Shown piece after piece: positions 29,701 to 38,407 of a DNA stretch of 64,000 bases (positions within the stretch are counted from its first letter, which is position 1; each line of letters begins with the position of its first letter). The notes beneath the pieces are model-generated. The model searched no databases. It was not told the DNA's origin and saw nothing but the letters and a program-made list of their open reading frames with translations. The DNA is taken from contig BOKR01000001.1 in NCBI GenBank assembly GCA_016861085.1, positions 3,271-67,270 on the forward strand, written 5' to 3'. The DNA is from Patescibacteria group bacterium. GTDB taxonomy: Bacteria > Patescibacteriota > Microgenomatia > UBA1400 > PJMF01. The position numbers were made by a program, and so were the translations under genes.

Positions 29701-29718
29701 ACCAATTCAAGTAATTAA
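23770..29718 (+). CDS. Giant fibre/adhesin-like protein 2 with S74 chaperone domain
   Basis: 1982 aa. N-terminal signal/TM, GNVGIGT repeats, SDVRLK...GFLAQELYQIYPDAV...VDYGKLTPLIIKSIQD, acidic tail. Confidence 0.85.
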   Translation: MKKRTIFLLAFILTSAYFGVGSVNSWLRGTDTTGTVLGESDQPTSNGLVAQNGVSSGFGTSVGSDLPTAPVSTGVVKAVEDEISENSLVFRLKIYFLEAIHGISAKFDTDVEVGNDLTVGNDVIVNNDLEVGGDLIIGDTIITPDGITAENIIYSLTAGTGVSLSGTQDVTITNTDLGSSQNIFKNFKIGSNTISASSNDDTLTWTSGTGISLSNSGKTITISASGSDLNVSGWTDDGTAVRLTTSTDNVGIGTATPGYKLHVVGTSYFSGQATFAGGTVISSGIDNSSGGITNAGPITGATGLTSSGTITFSGLSTGIVHSNGSGVLSSSALNLAGGATEITGTLPTTNGGTGITSYATGDIIYSSATNTLTTLGIGSTNEVLTVAGGVPTWATITGGGGLCSNCLVNNPGSTQTITPAAATAIGLVIKQASSGSVDTFRVESNDGSSVYFKIDSSGNVTLGNQTSSGVFTVSPSNTDPISISPVAQGAGQFTGTITSEDLTAARTWTFPDATGSVCLTTGNCAGVGGQIGGSGTTNYIAKFSNSSNITTSLLYDDGNNVGLGTSSPVHLFQIMGAKIGKALTVLNETGDQAIFVASSSGTNRFIIQNDGNVGIGTSTPTSLFHVNGAVDFDSTFGVNGATTLGSTLDVTGLATFGGNVGIGTTTPTSALQVYGTDPQIRLTRNGGYTLTFDAFDGGGSPNIVSSGPSLKFLTSTSNNFLTTADNAFGTLNGHLGVAVTGLYVTGKGVNSYVTSAFRSANSNQTGDLIRMYDSSNDILGQFVPISTTDQRLRFVLYNTLETTVTNYERLTIYPDTTNSIFRIEAESGGTGTLRNLVLQGGGGNVGIASIAPGRTLDVVGTGRITDTGSTTPVLTIDQNDSSNNATTLRLEHGGGGENSRRIIEAISGGSEVFRLFPTGKIETIVNGGSTDYDAAIFNQTDTSTAHAGAALQLNHYGTGAGSSRVLTAFNAAGGSPSEIMFLQPDGTFYVRGNAGVGTTAPIGKLNVEGAAIGKALAILNETGDQAIFVASASGTNRFIIQNGGNVGIGSITPAANLHVYQESPTPNQIMFQVGTGAVATRFTVDEDGDGHFGGDVDFRTLLTGNGTVTGPSHSFVNDTNLGMYRYGTDTLSLATADADRLIIDASGNIGIGTTAPGTQLELYGNKIHIRLFDTFGSGAIIRETSDNLILQSQAGSIVGISGAADGTTSFQFQNSSNVSRFNVNDLGYVGIGVNATASVGSDTAAVNINGAKTGKALFGLNETGNQAIFAASASGTNRFLIQNDGNVGIGTTTVSSLFTISESNSATSLTTFDSTVRLQNLNSGDSTFSRIGFYDTTYLGGITFVNRGQYSSDIRFETRGGSVSNWPVTRMIVTDGGAIGVNHANPLSQLQVNAQSNTGNYILSDWNSTGNKIPAAIFSATNNGGSTPAAAEPTLVLGRKGVGGQSFDNIVDFKLRRYEVSSTEPRTALDIGLQHTNSATTTDVLTLLSNGNVGIGTSAPAHALEVNGNIAVEQFLYHRGDTDTFFRFGTNQWQVVAGGVQFFEFDGGATNVGAFNYNNLDVDFRIDGDTNDGVFFVDGALENIGIGTTVPGAKLHLITDAADYAAEIYNDGNATTRAGLLIQAGLDDQTAVGPSTLIQFNDGDGGAVGSITFGNSLTAYNTSSDVRLKDVSGVSSKGLSDLMNINVYDYSFKADSNKRLHTGFLAQELYQIYPDAVTAYLDDTNKYWQVDYGKLTPLIIKSIQDQQKQIESLALEIDATGKVISHGSKEVTPDESEATEALESSTIQDLSSHATISDLVWTFIQEVIFTVKTTFLASVEFVKDVTFRGSIKFSGDTVGKFVVPAGALRVEVPFDFAFSQAPTVYLSAQSQIIGGYSLESVSTSGFVLKFEVAQTSEKVFDWLAVLSSDENTATIKVLEESSTSLQSIDNVDQDGEVGGATTEGSTDTQEAVEETPNPEPEETTSQASSEAEASVSATNSSN

Positions 29719-29769
29719 ATTTCTCTTAACGTCACACTTTGTGTAAGGTTTCTAAAGTAAACTCTCGGT

Positions 29770-30435
29770 ATGTTTTACGGAAATGAGGAGCCTGTATCTA
29801 TAAGAGAATTTTTATCTCAGAAACCACTATGGATGTGGATTGTAATTTTTTTGCTAGTACTTTTTGGGTTATCTTTTGGTTGTTTTGGAATTTATCAGCT
29901 AGTAACCACAAACGAACAAGAAATTATCACAAGCAATGACATTCAATCTCAGGTATGTGAGCAATCAGCCGATTTTGGGCAGATCACGGTTTATATATCT
30001 GGTGCAGTTACTAATCCAGGAGTTTATATTCTGGAAACCGGTGACAGAATAGCTGATTTACTGAAAACAGCAGGTGGCATAAGTAAGGCAGCCGACACTG
30101 TATTTGTTAACAAACAATTTAATTTGGCCAAACGTTTGGAGGACGGCGAGCAAGTGTACATACCAACACGAGAAGAAGCAGAGGCACAGCTGTCAGCACA
30201 AAGTAGTTTCAGAAGCGAGGATAAAAAAACTGAAACAATCTCTACTGAAATAAATTATCCTATATCTATTAATTCTAGTCCTAAGAGTGTTTTAATGCAG
30301 TTATCGGGTATTGGTGAAGTTAGAGCAACAAAGATCATTGAGAATAGACCGTATAGTTCGGTGGATGAATTGGTTGAAAAAATGATTATTTCCCAATCGA
30401 TATTTGACGATAATAAAGAGAAAATTGCTTTATAA
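29770..30435 (+). CDS. comEA: Competence DNA receptor ComEA
   Basis: TM, SLBB domain (ISGAVTNPGVY..GDRIADLL..AGG), HhH (LSGIGEVRATKIIENRPY). Confidence 0.9.
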   Translation: MFYGNEEPVSIREFLSQKPLWMWIVIFLLVLFGLSFGCFGIYQLVTTNEQEIITSNDIQSQVCEQSADFGQITVYISGAVTNPGVYILETGDRIADLLKTAGGISKAADTVFVNKQFNLAKRLEDGEQVYIPTREEAEAQLSAQSSFRSEDKKTETISTEINYPISINSSPKSVLMQLSGIGEVRATKIIENRPYSSVDELVEKMIISQSIFDDNKEKIAL

Positions 30436-30568
30436 ATTTTTCTTTACTAGCTAATAATTATGAGGACCTAACTATAGGACAATAAATCACAATGATTGTT
30501 GGTTGTGAGACTTCATAAACTTACTTGAAAAACCAAAAGATAGGCGAAAATACTATTTTAAGTTCAAA

Positions 30569-31942
30569 ATGTATCAAAATTACACGAATACTTATAATCT
30601 TAATCTTTGTATAAAAAGATTTCTTCTGATATCTTTATTTATAATAATATCGTTAAGAATTTTGCAACAATTATATTTTCGTACAAATTTTGATGAAGTG
30701 AGAAGTAATGGTCAGCTTGTTGAACAAGATGTTCTTGTCAAAGAGAATCAGAGTTTTAATGGTCATTGCATCGCCTGTGCTTCAGGTGTTGGCAATTATA
30801 GTGATATTGTAGTCAAAGTTTTTGAGAACGATGACCTGGGTTCTATTAGCGGTAAAACCAAAGTCTATGACAAAGATTTTTTTTTAAAAAAAAGGTTGAT
30901 ATATACAATTAATAATCAAAGATTAAAGGATTTTGTTTCGCTAGATGTTTGGAAAGCCAATTTTACCTCTTTTAAGAGGTGGTTGGTGGAGGCGATTGTA
31001 ACGCGTTTTAGAGTTGTTTATTACTCAAGTATATCAGATGTAGTCCTTGGCATGTTGCTTGGTGTTGAGGGGTCGGGCAACAGTAATGTTAGGCACTTAT
31101 TTAATGTTACAGGGACGCAGCATCTATTGGCAATATCAGGATTTAATCTCTCTTTTTTAGTTGCGGTTACTGGTAGGTTATACGCAAAATTTTTTTCGAA
31201 ATCAAGCATAATTTTTCTCAATCTTGTGATTATTAGCTTTTATGTTAGCCTGGTGGGGTTCTCTCCAGGCATATTTAGGGCATTTTGTATGTTTTTTATT
31301 TCATATCTAGCCTGGAGTCTTTGCCGTCAGAGAAGGGCTTTGTTTATTCTATTCTTAACTTTAATGTGTGCAATATTACTTGATTTATCAATACTTAGTT
31401 CCATTAGTTTTCAGCTTTCTTTTGTAGCTACAGCTGGTATTATTATGTTCTCGCGCATTTTTTCACTATCTCAATCTGCCATTGATAATTTTATTCTTTG
31501 TTTTCCTCGAGGAATGAGTTCAATTTTGAGGTATTTTTATGTTACTTTTATTGTTGGACTAGCAGCCCAGATTGCTGTTTTCCCTCTGGTAGTGCACTAT
31601 TTTGGTAAATTTAGTGTTATTGGAATTCTAGCTTCAGCTTTGGTTGGTTGGATGATACCAATTATTTTACAATTTGGAATTATTTTAGCGGTTGTGCAAT
31701 TTGTGCTCCCTTTTCAAATCTTTGTCGTTGCTTCAATTCCACTTTTTGTAATTGTCTCTTTTTTTCTTTTTCTACTTGGATTACTGAGTTTTGAACAATT
31801 TCTGATCCAAGTTCCCCAAATGAGTTCTTTCTTTGTTTTCATTGCTTATATCATAATTTTATTGATCTATGGCTCTATATTAATGATCAAAAGTATAAAT
31901 AATATAAAACAACATGACCAAATACATCATTTTTTCTTTTAG
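30569..31942 (+). CDS. comEC: ComEC/Rec2 competence channel domain
   Basis: GTQHLLAISGFN, SPGIFRA, SISFQLSFVAT and many TMs. Confidence 0.88.
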   Translation: MYQNYTNTYNLNLCIKRFLLISLFIIISLRILQQLYFRTNFDEVRSNGQLVEQDVLVKENQSFNGHCIACASGVGNYSDIVVKVFENDDLGSISGKTKVYDKDFFLKKRLIYTINNQRLKDFVSLDVWKANFTSFKRWLVEAIVTRFRVVYYSSISDVVLGMLLGVEGSGNSNVRHLFNVTGTQHLLAISGFNLSFLVAVTGRLYAKFFSKSSIIFLNLVIISFYVSLVGFSPGIFRAFCMFFISYLAWSLCRQRRALFILFLTLMCAILLDLSILSSISFQLSFVATAGIIMFSRIFSLSQSAIDNFILCFPRGMSSILRYFYVTFIVGLAAQIAVFPLVVHYFGKFSVIGILASALVGWMIPIILQFGIILAVVQFVLPFQIFVVASIPLFVIVSFFLFLLGLLSFEQFLIQVPQMSSFFVFIAYIIILLIYGSILMIKSINNIKQHDQIHHFFF

Positions 31943-32843
31943 TATAGTGTTTTTTTTTGTAACTATCTCAAGTTGGTGGGAAAAACAGCTAAAAATAACG
32001 TTTTGTGATGTTGGACAAGGTGATGCAACACTAATTTCTGTGGGTAGTACGCAACTTTTAATAGATGCTGGTCCAAATCAAAAAGTTTTAACTTGTTTAG
32101 AAAACCAATTACCGTTTTGGGACAGAAAAATTGAGTTTTTCATACTAACGCACATGGATGCTGACCACATAGGGGGTGCACCTGAGGTGTTGTCATATTA
32201 TCAGGTTGATTATGTTTTTATGAACCCGTCTAATAAAAAAACGTCCGATTTTGCCCTCTTAGAAGAAGCCGTCTCGAGAAAAATGATGTCTGGAACTCGA
32301 AGACTTTACTCCTTTATAGGTCAAAGTATTGTTTTAGATAGTTTAGTTTCACTTACAGTGATCAACCCAAACTATGATTTTCCTCAAGTTATACAGCCAA
32401 TTTTTAGCCAGACCGAAGCAATGTTATCGGACGCAAATAGCCAAATTATTGAGGAAAAACTTGCAAAAATATCAGAAAATAACCTATCTATCGCACTATT
32501 ATTAACTTATAAAAAGGTGCGTATTATTCTGCCTGGAGACCTCGAGAAAGATGGTGAATTAGCAGTTATGCCAATAGGTCTGCCAGAGCAGATAAGTATT
32601 CTAAAAGCAGGGCATCACGGGTCAAAATCAAGTTCTACGCCTGGTTTTATTTCCTTGTTACGACCCGAAATTACAGTCATTAGTAGCGGTAAAAATAACG
32701 CATATGGTCATCCAAATCCTCAAGTGATCAATACTTTTAGAGATTTTGGTGTCAGTATTTACCAGACGAGTAACTCAGGAGATGTTACTTTCGTCTCAGA
32801 TGGATACCATTTTTGGGAAATAAAAAGGCATATCTTTTGGTAG
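31914..32843 (+). CDS. ComEC-type metallo-beta-lactamase domain as a separate gene
   Basis: DVGQGDA, LTHMDADHIGG, LKAGHHGSKSS, NAYGHP. Confidence 0.9.
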   Translation: MTKYIIFSFSIVFFFVTISSWWEKQLKITFCDVGQGDATLISVGSTQLLIDAGPNQKVLTCLENQLPFWDRKIEFFILTHMDADHIGGAPEVLSYYQVDYVFMNPSNKKTSDFALLEEAVSRKMMSGTRRLYSFIGQSIVLDSLVSLTVINPNYDFPQVIQPIFSQTEAMLSDANSQIIEEKLAKISENNLSIALLLTYKKVRIILPGDLEKDGELAVMPIGLPEQISILKAGHHGSKSSSTPGFISLLRPEITVISSGKNNAYGHPNPQVINTFRDFGVSIYQTSNSGDVTFVSDGYHFWEIKRHIFW

Positions 32844-33357
32844 GTGCGTTGTTAAGTTGCGTATTACAGACTTTTTCATATTTTAAACTATTTTGCAAGT
32901 ACCAATCTTAGTTTCTAAGGCTTTTTTTACAATTTTTAACCTCAACTTTCTTCTTTTGATGTCGTGACACTCACCAAGTGACAAGACATGAAGTATGGGT
33001 TAACAGGTATGACCCGATTTTTGTATTTTGGCGATGGAAATCTTAAATCTCTGCTAAGATTCTAATGCCTAAGACCCTTATTTTTGCTGTTTATATTTAA
33101 GCCTTTTTCTGTATTTCCTATTAGTGGATCAAAAAATAGCTATTTACTCACAACCAAAATTAACACGAAACAGATTTGGCCATTTTTTATATTTGAGTAT
33201 AAAATAATAGTCATATTATACTATATTTTTAAGAAAAACTGAAGTCAAATTAGAACAAAAAAATTGTTCAAAAACATTCGTGCAATTTTCGTATTCTAGA
33301 TTTACGTTTTTTTATTGATCACAAGGAGGATGAAGTTGCTATTTAAGGAGAAAAAGC

Positions 33358-33386
33358 TTGCATCAAAACAAATTTTGGAATACAAT
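33358..33386 (+). promoter_or_regulatory. sigma70-like promoter of the argS leader
   Basis: TTGCAT-17 nt-TACAAT. Confidence 0.55.
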
Positions 33387-33392
33387 ACATGC

Positions 33393-33721
33393 TAAGCAAG
33401 CGTCACACCTAACTCGCAATTAGGAATCCTGGGTTGCATAATGTGAGTATCAAAATTGCGATACTGAACACAATTTGCATATTCAGAACGCCTTTGTCGG
33501 AAATGGCAAACGTATTGGTGAATCGTTATTTCACTAGACTTACTTTCAGGTTTATTATCACGATCTTTTGTGAAAAAAACAGGAAAGAGTTGCAAAGGTA
33601 TGAGTTAGAAATAATTCTTACACCAGAGGGTGGTACCGCTTTTTATTTTGATAACCATAGATTAAAAAGCCCCTTTTGTCTCTTGAGCACAAGTGTGCCT
33701 GAGGATAAAGGGGGCTTTTTT
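33393..33721 (+). ncRNA. T-box riboswitch leader of argS
   Basis: AGGG-TGGTACC-GCTTTTTA...TAAAAAGC-CCCT antiterminator (33627-33674) overlaps a terminator ending GGGGCTTTTTT. A long stem I is plausible upstream. Confidence 0.85.
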
Positions 33722-33781
33722 GGAGTATTTGAGGCAAATGGGGTAGTATTAAATTAGTAAATCAAAATTAAGATAACCAGT

Positions 33782-35617
33782 ATGGAAATTACCAACATTT
33801 TAAAACAATCAATACTAGCAGCTCTCAAAGATATGAATATCTCTGCTACGGAATCAGAAGTCCTCATAGAATACCCAGCAGATCCTACCCATGGTGACTT
33901 TGCTTCAAATGTTGCGATGACACTCTTTGGAAGGCTGAAAAGAGAATCTGGTGCTGGTTTTCAATTCACCACACCCAGAGAATTCGCTCTTACAGTTACA
34001 GATAACTTGAACAACCAGAAAATTAGAGAAGTAAGCACCATAGCTGTGGCGGGTCCAGGATTCATTAACTTTACTATTTCTGACGCGTTTTTGCTGTCCA
34101 AAATGGGCTTGATTATCCAAAATCGGGGTAACGTCGTCGAACAGTTCGGAAACGGCAAAAAGATCGTTGCAGAGTACTCATCGCCAAACATTGCAAAACC
34201 ATTTACCGTTGGACATTTGCGATCCACAATTATCGGTGATTCGCTTGCAAATATTTTTGAGAGTTGTGGCTATACAGTGTTTAGAGATAACCACCTTGGG
34301 GACTGGGGAACACAGTTCGGCAAGCAAATTTATGCAATCAAGACTTGGGGTGACGAGGCTCAGATTGAAGCAGCTGAAAATCCGGTTAAAGAGTTGGTTA
34401 AATTGTATGTCAAATTCCATGAGGAAGCAGAGAAAGACCCAAGTATAGAAGATCAAGGCAGAGCTTGGTTTAAGAAACTTGAAAAAGGTGATGCTGAAGC
34501 CAGAAGACTTTGGGAGAAATGCATCAACTGGTCATGGAAAGAGTTTGAAAAAATTTATACAGTTCTCAATGTTTCTTTCACCGAAAATAACGGCCGTGGA
34601 TACGGAGAATCGTTCTTTGAAGACAAAATGGGCGCAGTTATTGCCGAGCTGAAAGACAAAGGCATTTTGCAGGAAAGCAAAGGCGCACAACTTGTGTTTT
34701 TTCCAGAAGATAAGTACCCGCCATTGATGATATTGAAAAATGATGGGTCAACACTTTACAGTACCAGAGATTTAGCAACAGATAAATTCAGGCTAGAAAA
34801 ATACGGCTCGGACATTGTGATTTTCAACGAGGTTGGATCCGAGCAAAGTTTGTATTTTCAGCAGTTGTTTGAGATCGAAAATATGCTGGGATGGTACAAG
34901 GATGGCCAAAGAGTGCATGTTGGACATGGCTTGATCAGATTTGCTGATAAGAAAATGTCTACTAGAAAAGGGAACGTTATCTGGCTAGAGGACGTTTTAA
35001 GCGAAGCATACAGCCGTGTTGAGACTATGAGCAAGGAGCTTGAAACAGACTCAATTTGGAAAATTGCTGTTGGGGCACTCAAGTGGAACGATTTAAAAAG
35101 AAAAATGAACTTACCAATGGTGTTTGACTGGGATGAATTGACAAACATTAAGGGTAATTCAGGTCCGTATATGCAGTACACCTTTGTTCGATGCCTCAGT
35201 GTGCTCAACAAAGCTCAAAATGAGGTGTTTCAATCGTTTTCAGCCGAGGAAAAATCTTTGAAAAGTGAGTTAGAGAATGACAATATCTTAAATACTATTA
35301 TTTTACATTATGATACATTGCTTAATAGTAAATCATATTTAAACCATAAATTAAACAAAGATGAAAAAGATGTATTGCGAAACCTTAATAAATATTCTGA
35401 TATAGTTAAGTCATCAGCGCTTGAATTTGCTCCACACCACATCGCAAACTATCTGTATGAGCTTGCACAAAGCTTTAATACGTTCTATGCGAATCATAAA
35501 ATTATTACTGAAGATTCAAAGGCCACAGATCTGCGATTGCTGTTAGTGGTGGCTGTAGCATATACAATTCAGCACGGTTTGGGGCTACTTGGAATTCGAA
35601 CTGTTGAAAAAATGTAG
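33782..35617 (+). CDS. argS: Arginine--tRNA ligase
   Basis: HGDFASN, AGPGFINF, EYSSPNIAKPFTVGHLRS, HLGDWGTQFG, KMSTRKG. Confidence 0.97.
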   Translation: MEITNILKQSILAALKDMNISATESEVLIEYPADPTHGDFASNVAMTLFGRLKRESGAGFQFTTPREFALTVTDNLNNQKIREVSTIAVAGPGFINFTISDAFLLSKMGLIIQNRGNVVEQFGNGKKIVAEYSSPNIAKPFTVGHLRSTIIGDSLANIFESCGYTVFRDNHLGDWGTQFGKQIYAIKTWGDEAQIEAAENPVKELVKLYVKFHEEAEKDPSIEDQGRAWFKKLEKGDAEARRLWEKCINWSWKEFEKIYTVLNVSFTENNGRGYGESFFEDKMGAVIAELKDKGILQESKGAQLVFFPEDKYPPLMILKNDGSTLYSTRDLATDKFRLEKYGSDIVIFNEVGSEQSLYFQQLFEIENMLGWYKDGQRVHVGHGLIRFADKKMSTRKGNVIWLEDVLSEAYSRVETMSKELETDSIWKIAVGALKWNDLKRKMNLPMVFDWDELTNIKGNSGPYMQYTFVRCLSVLNKAQNEVFQSFSAEEKSLKSELENDNILNTIILHYDTLLNSKSYLNHKLNKDEKDVLRNLNKYSDIVKSSALEFAPHHIANYLYELAQSFNTFYANHKIITEDSKATDLRLLLVVAVAYTIQHGLGLLGIRTVEKM

Positions 35618-35634
35618 GTAAAGCAACATTAGTG

Positions 35635-36210
35635 CTAAAGTTGCTTTAATTTACCTCGATACTCTTGAATTCTTTCCAAGTCTTTGGAAAAGAGACCGCT
35701 GTTTTTGGAAATAACTTTCCGTTGTCTTTTTAGGATTATATCGATAAATGTGACGAGTTGTTCAGAGTCTTTCTTTCTTTGAAGGTAGACTGAATGATGA
35801 GTATCAGCATTTGGTTTATCAAACTGTCCGAAGTTTTTTGCCATTTGAGATGCTCCAATGTTATTTTTTAATTGCTCAACTAAAACATGAATTGCTCTGG
35901 CAAATGTTGCTGCATTTTTGGCCAGAGGCATAATGTCAGAAATAGAAATCTTAAGCCAAGGAAGAATAATGCCATTAGTTTCTACAAAAATAAACTGTTT
36001 ACCAGTGACATTGGAGAGATTAGTCCAATCTTTTGTATGACCTCCGTTAATCCAGATTTGATTGTTATCTAAGCGAGGAATGGTGCTTGATGTGTAAACT
36101 TTTTGATCTGCTCCCTGGAGCATGGCATCAGCGGCTTCATTTGTTACATTCAGATTTGATACGAGTGACCGGCTTAGTGATTCTTTGCTTGAGCCCACAC
36201 TTTTTATCAT
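35635..36210 (-). CDS. Hypothetical protein
   Basis: Long ORF filling the gap between argS and the peptidase. Start uncertain (36210 or 36270). No recognised motif. Confidence 0.55.
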   Translation of the reverse strand: MIKSVGSSKESLSRSLVSNLNVTNEAADAMLQGADQKVYTSSTIPRLDNNQIWINGGHTKDWTNLSNVTGKQFIFVETNGIILPWLKISISDIMPLAKNAATFARAIHVLVEQLKNNIGASQMAKNFGQFDKPNADTHHSVYLQRKKDSEQLVTFIDIILKRQRKVISKNSGLFSKDLERIQEYRGKLKQL

Positions 36211-36335
36211 ATGTTCACTTTCCCAACGAGTGTCGCTGAAGTAAATAGTAAGAAGAACTATTATACACATTTATTACATATATCAAGAGCAGATTTTGAC
36301 TATGATTACTGTTGTTTTCGAGGTATAATGCCCCT

Positions 36336-37643
36336 ATGCTGAATCACCTATACACGAAGCTTTCCTCAGGACTACAAGTTATTCGCGTGCCAATGCCCGA
36401 AGTCAAATCCGTCACAGTCCTTGCACTTGCAAATACTGGTTCAAGGTATGAAACCTCCAAAGAGCAGGGGATTGCACATTTTTTTGAGCACATCGTTTTT
36501 AAGGGAACAAAAAATTACCCAGACCCTCAAATTTTGGCTGGTACAATCGACGCAATTGGTGCAGACTTCAACGCATTTACGAGCAAAGAGTACACCGGGT
36601 ATTACGTCAAATCGGCTTCTGATCATTTAAAAACTTCTTTAGATGTCGTCTCTGACATGCTATTAGCTCCAAACATTCTCCAAGAAGATGTAGATCGTGA
36701 AAAAGGGGTGATCATTGAGGAAATTAATATGTATGAAGATACTCCAATGCGCCAGATTGGAAATATTTTTGAAGCATTGGTTTTTGATGGTTCCGGACTT
36801 GCACACGATATTATTGGTACAAAAGAAACAGTGAGTAATATTACAAGTGAGGATTTCAGAAGATTCTTAAAAAAGTGGTATGGATTAGGGAATTTAGTTC
36901 TGGTCATCTCCGGTGATGCAAGTGTTGTCAAATCAGATAAAACACTTGAATTGATCAAAAAATATTTTGGCAAAGATGCGGGGCAAAGAGATACCGAAAG
37001 AATAAACACTCAAGCCGCTTCACAAAAAGAACCAAAAATTTCATCAAAAAAGCTCTCAGTTACATACAAAAAAACAGAACAGGCACACCTTTGTATGGGT
37101 TGGCCTGGAATTGATCGAGAAGACAAGCGCCGTTATGCGTTATCTCTGTTAAGTACGGTACTTGGAGCAAACATGAGTTCAAGACTTTTTACTGAAGTCA
37201 GAGAAAAGCGAGGACTGTGTTACTACGTTCACTCAGACACTGATTTTTATCATAATACTGGTATTTTTGGGGCATCAGCTGGAGTTGATCCCAGTAGGAT
37301 AGAAGAGGCAATAGCAGTTATTCTTTCTGAATTTTACGGTGTAGTAGATGGTACAAAGCCAATCACACAAGAAGAGTTAAAGAAAGCTAAAGATTACATT
37401 TCTGGTTCGATGGTGTTAGATCTTGAAGATTCCAGAAGTGTTGCGCAATTTTTTGGGATGAAGAAGTTACTTTCAGATGAGATTAAATCTCCAACAGAGG
37501 TGTTAGAGAGATTTGAAAAAGTTACTTTAGAAGAGGTGCAAGCGGTTGCAAAAGACTTAATCAAACAAGGCGAATGCCGATTGGCAGTCATTGGCCCATA
37601 TAAATCTAAGGCCAAATTTAAAAAGTTACTTGGGTTAAAATAG
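36336..37643 (+). CDS. M16 family zinc peptidase
   Basis: HFFEH (HxxEH), NAFTSKEYT, SSRLFTEVREKRGLCY. ATG 36336 lies 6 nt after TATAAT. Confidence 0.93.
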   Translation: MLNHLYTKLSSGLQVIRVPMPEVKSVTVLALANTGSRYETSKEQGIAHFFEHIVFKGTKNYPDPQILAGTIDAIGADFNAFTSKEYTGYYVKSASDHLKTSLDVVSDMLLAPNILQEDVDREKGVIIEEINMYEDTPMRQIGNIFEALVFDGSGLAHDIIGTKETVSNITSEDFRRFLKKWYGLGNLVLVISGDASVVKSDKTLELIKKYFGKDAGQRDTERINTQAASQKEPKISSKKLSVTYKKTEQAHLCMGWPGIDREDKRRYALSLLSTVLGANMSSRLFTEVREKRGLCYYVHSDTDFYHNTGIFGASAGVDPSRIEEAIAVILSEFYGVVDGTKPITQEELKKAKDYISGSMVLDLEDSRSVAQFFGMKKLLSDEIKSPTEVLERFEKVTLEEVQAVAKDLIKQGECRLAVIGPYKSKAKFKKLLGLK

Positions 37644-37694
37644 TAGTTAGTTTGTACATATAATAGCAGTATTAGAAATAACGAAGGGAAACGT

Positions 37695-38177
37695 ATGAAT
37701 ACATCTCGTACAGCAGTATTAGTTAAGCCAGATGGCTTGCAACGAGGTTTGATTGGTGAGATTATTTCGAGATTTGAGAGAAAAGGTCTAAAATTAGTTG
37801 GACTCAAAATGGTCAACCTTACTGATGAGCAGCTTTCAGATTGGTATGCAGAACACAAAGATAAAAGTTTTTTTGGTGAATTAAAGTCATTTATGGGTTC
37901 TATGCCTATCGTTTGTATGGTTTGGGAAGGAATTGACGCTGTCCCAGTTGTAAGAAAACTCGTTGGAACTACTTTGGGTAGAGAAGCAGAAGCAGGATCA
38001 ATTCGCGGTGATTTTGGTATGAGTCAACAGTTTAACTTAATTCACGCTTCGGCAAATGGTGATGACGCGGCTCGTGAAATCAAAATTGTTTTTAGCGATG
38101 ATGAACTCTTTAATTATGCGGGTGCCAGAGAATGTGTTATTTATGCAGACTTTGAGCTTGCTAAGTTGAAGGAATAA
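37695..38177 (+). CDS. ndk: Nucleoside diphosphate kinase
   Basis: KPDGLQRGLIGEIISRFE, GSIRGDF, NLIHAS. Confidence 0.96.
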   Translation: MNTSRTAVLVKPDGLQRGLIGEIISRFERKGLKLVGLKMVNLTDEQLSDWYAEHKDKSFFGELKSFMGSMPIVCMVWEGIDAVPVVRKLVGTTLGREAEAGSIRGDFGMSQQFNLIHASANGDDAAREIKIVFSDDELFNYAGARECVIYADFELAKLKE

Positions 38178-38195
38178 TTTTTTTAAGGAAACTAT

Positions 38196-38232
38196 GAGCC
38201 GCCTGGGCCTTCGCCCAAGCGGCTCTTTTTTT
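38196..38232 (+). terminator. Rho-independent terminator after ndk
   Basis: GAGCCGCCTGGGC-CTTC-GCCCAAGCGGCTC followed by T7. Confidence 0.85.
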
Positions 38233-38233
38233 G

Positions 38234-38305
38234 TGCCCCCGCCGGGAATCGAACCTGGAGTTGCCGCTTAGGAGGCAGCCGTTTTATCCATTGAACTACA
38301 GGGGC
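38234..38305 (-). tRNA. tRNA-Arg(CCT)
   Basis: GCCCCTGTAGTTCAATGGATAAAACGGCTGCCTCCTAAGCGGCAACTCCAGGTTCGATTCCCGGCGGGGGCA folds as a cloverleaf with anticodon CCT. CCA is not encoded. Confidence 0.95.
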
Positions 38306-38407
38306 GCACAGTTGCGATTTGTATTCTCTACAGTTGTTATTTTACCAGACTCTCCAGGCATATTAAATACATATAGGTAATTTTGCTATATACTGGTACT
38401 ATTGCCC

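Noticed and set aside
18125-29718. Prophage, suggested by tail-fibre/S74 domains
   Set aside because: No integrase, terminase, capsid or other phage genes. The proteins have N-terminal membrane or signal segments.
33434-33757. 107-aa ORF upstream of argS
   Set aside because: It coincides with the T-box leader and terminator, starts at TTG and has no protein features.
38234-38305. tRNA-Arg as an integration site
   Set aside because: No duplicate of its 3' end and no integrase noticed in the window.
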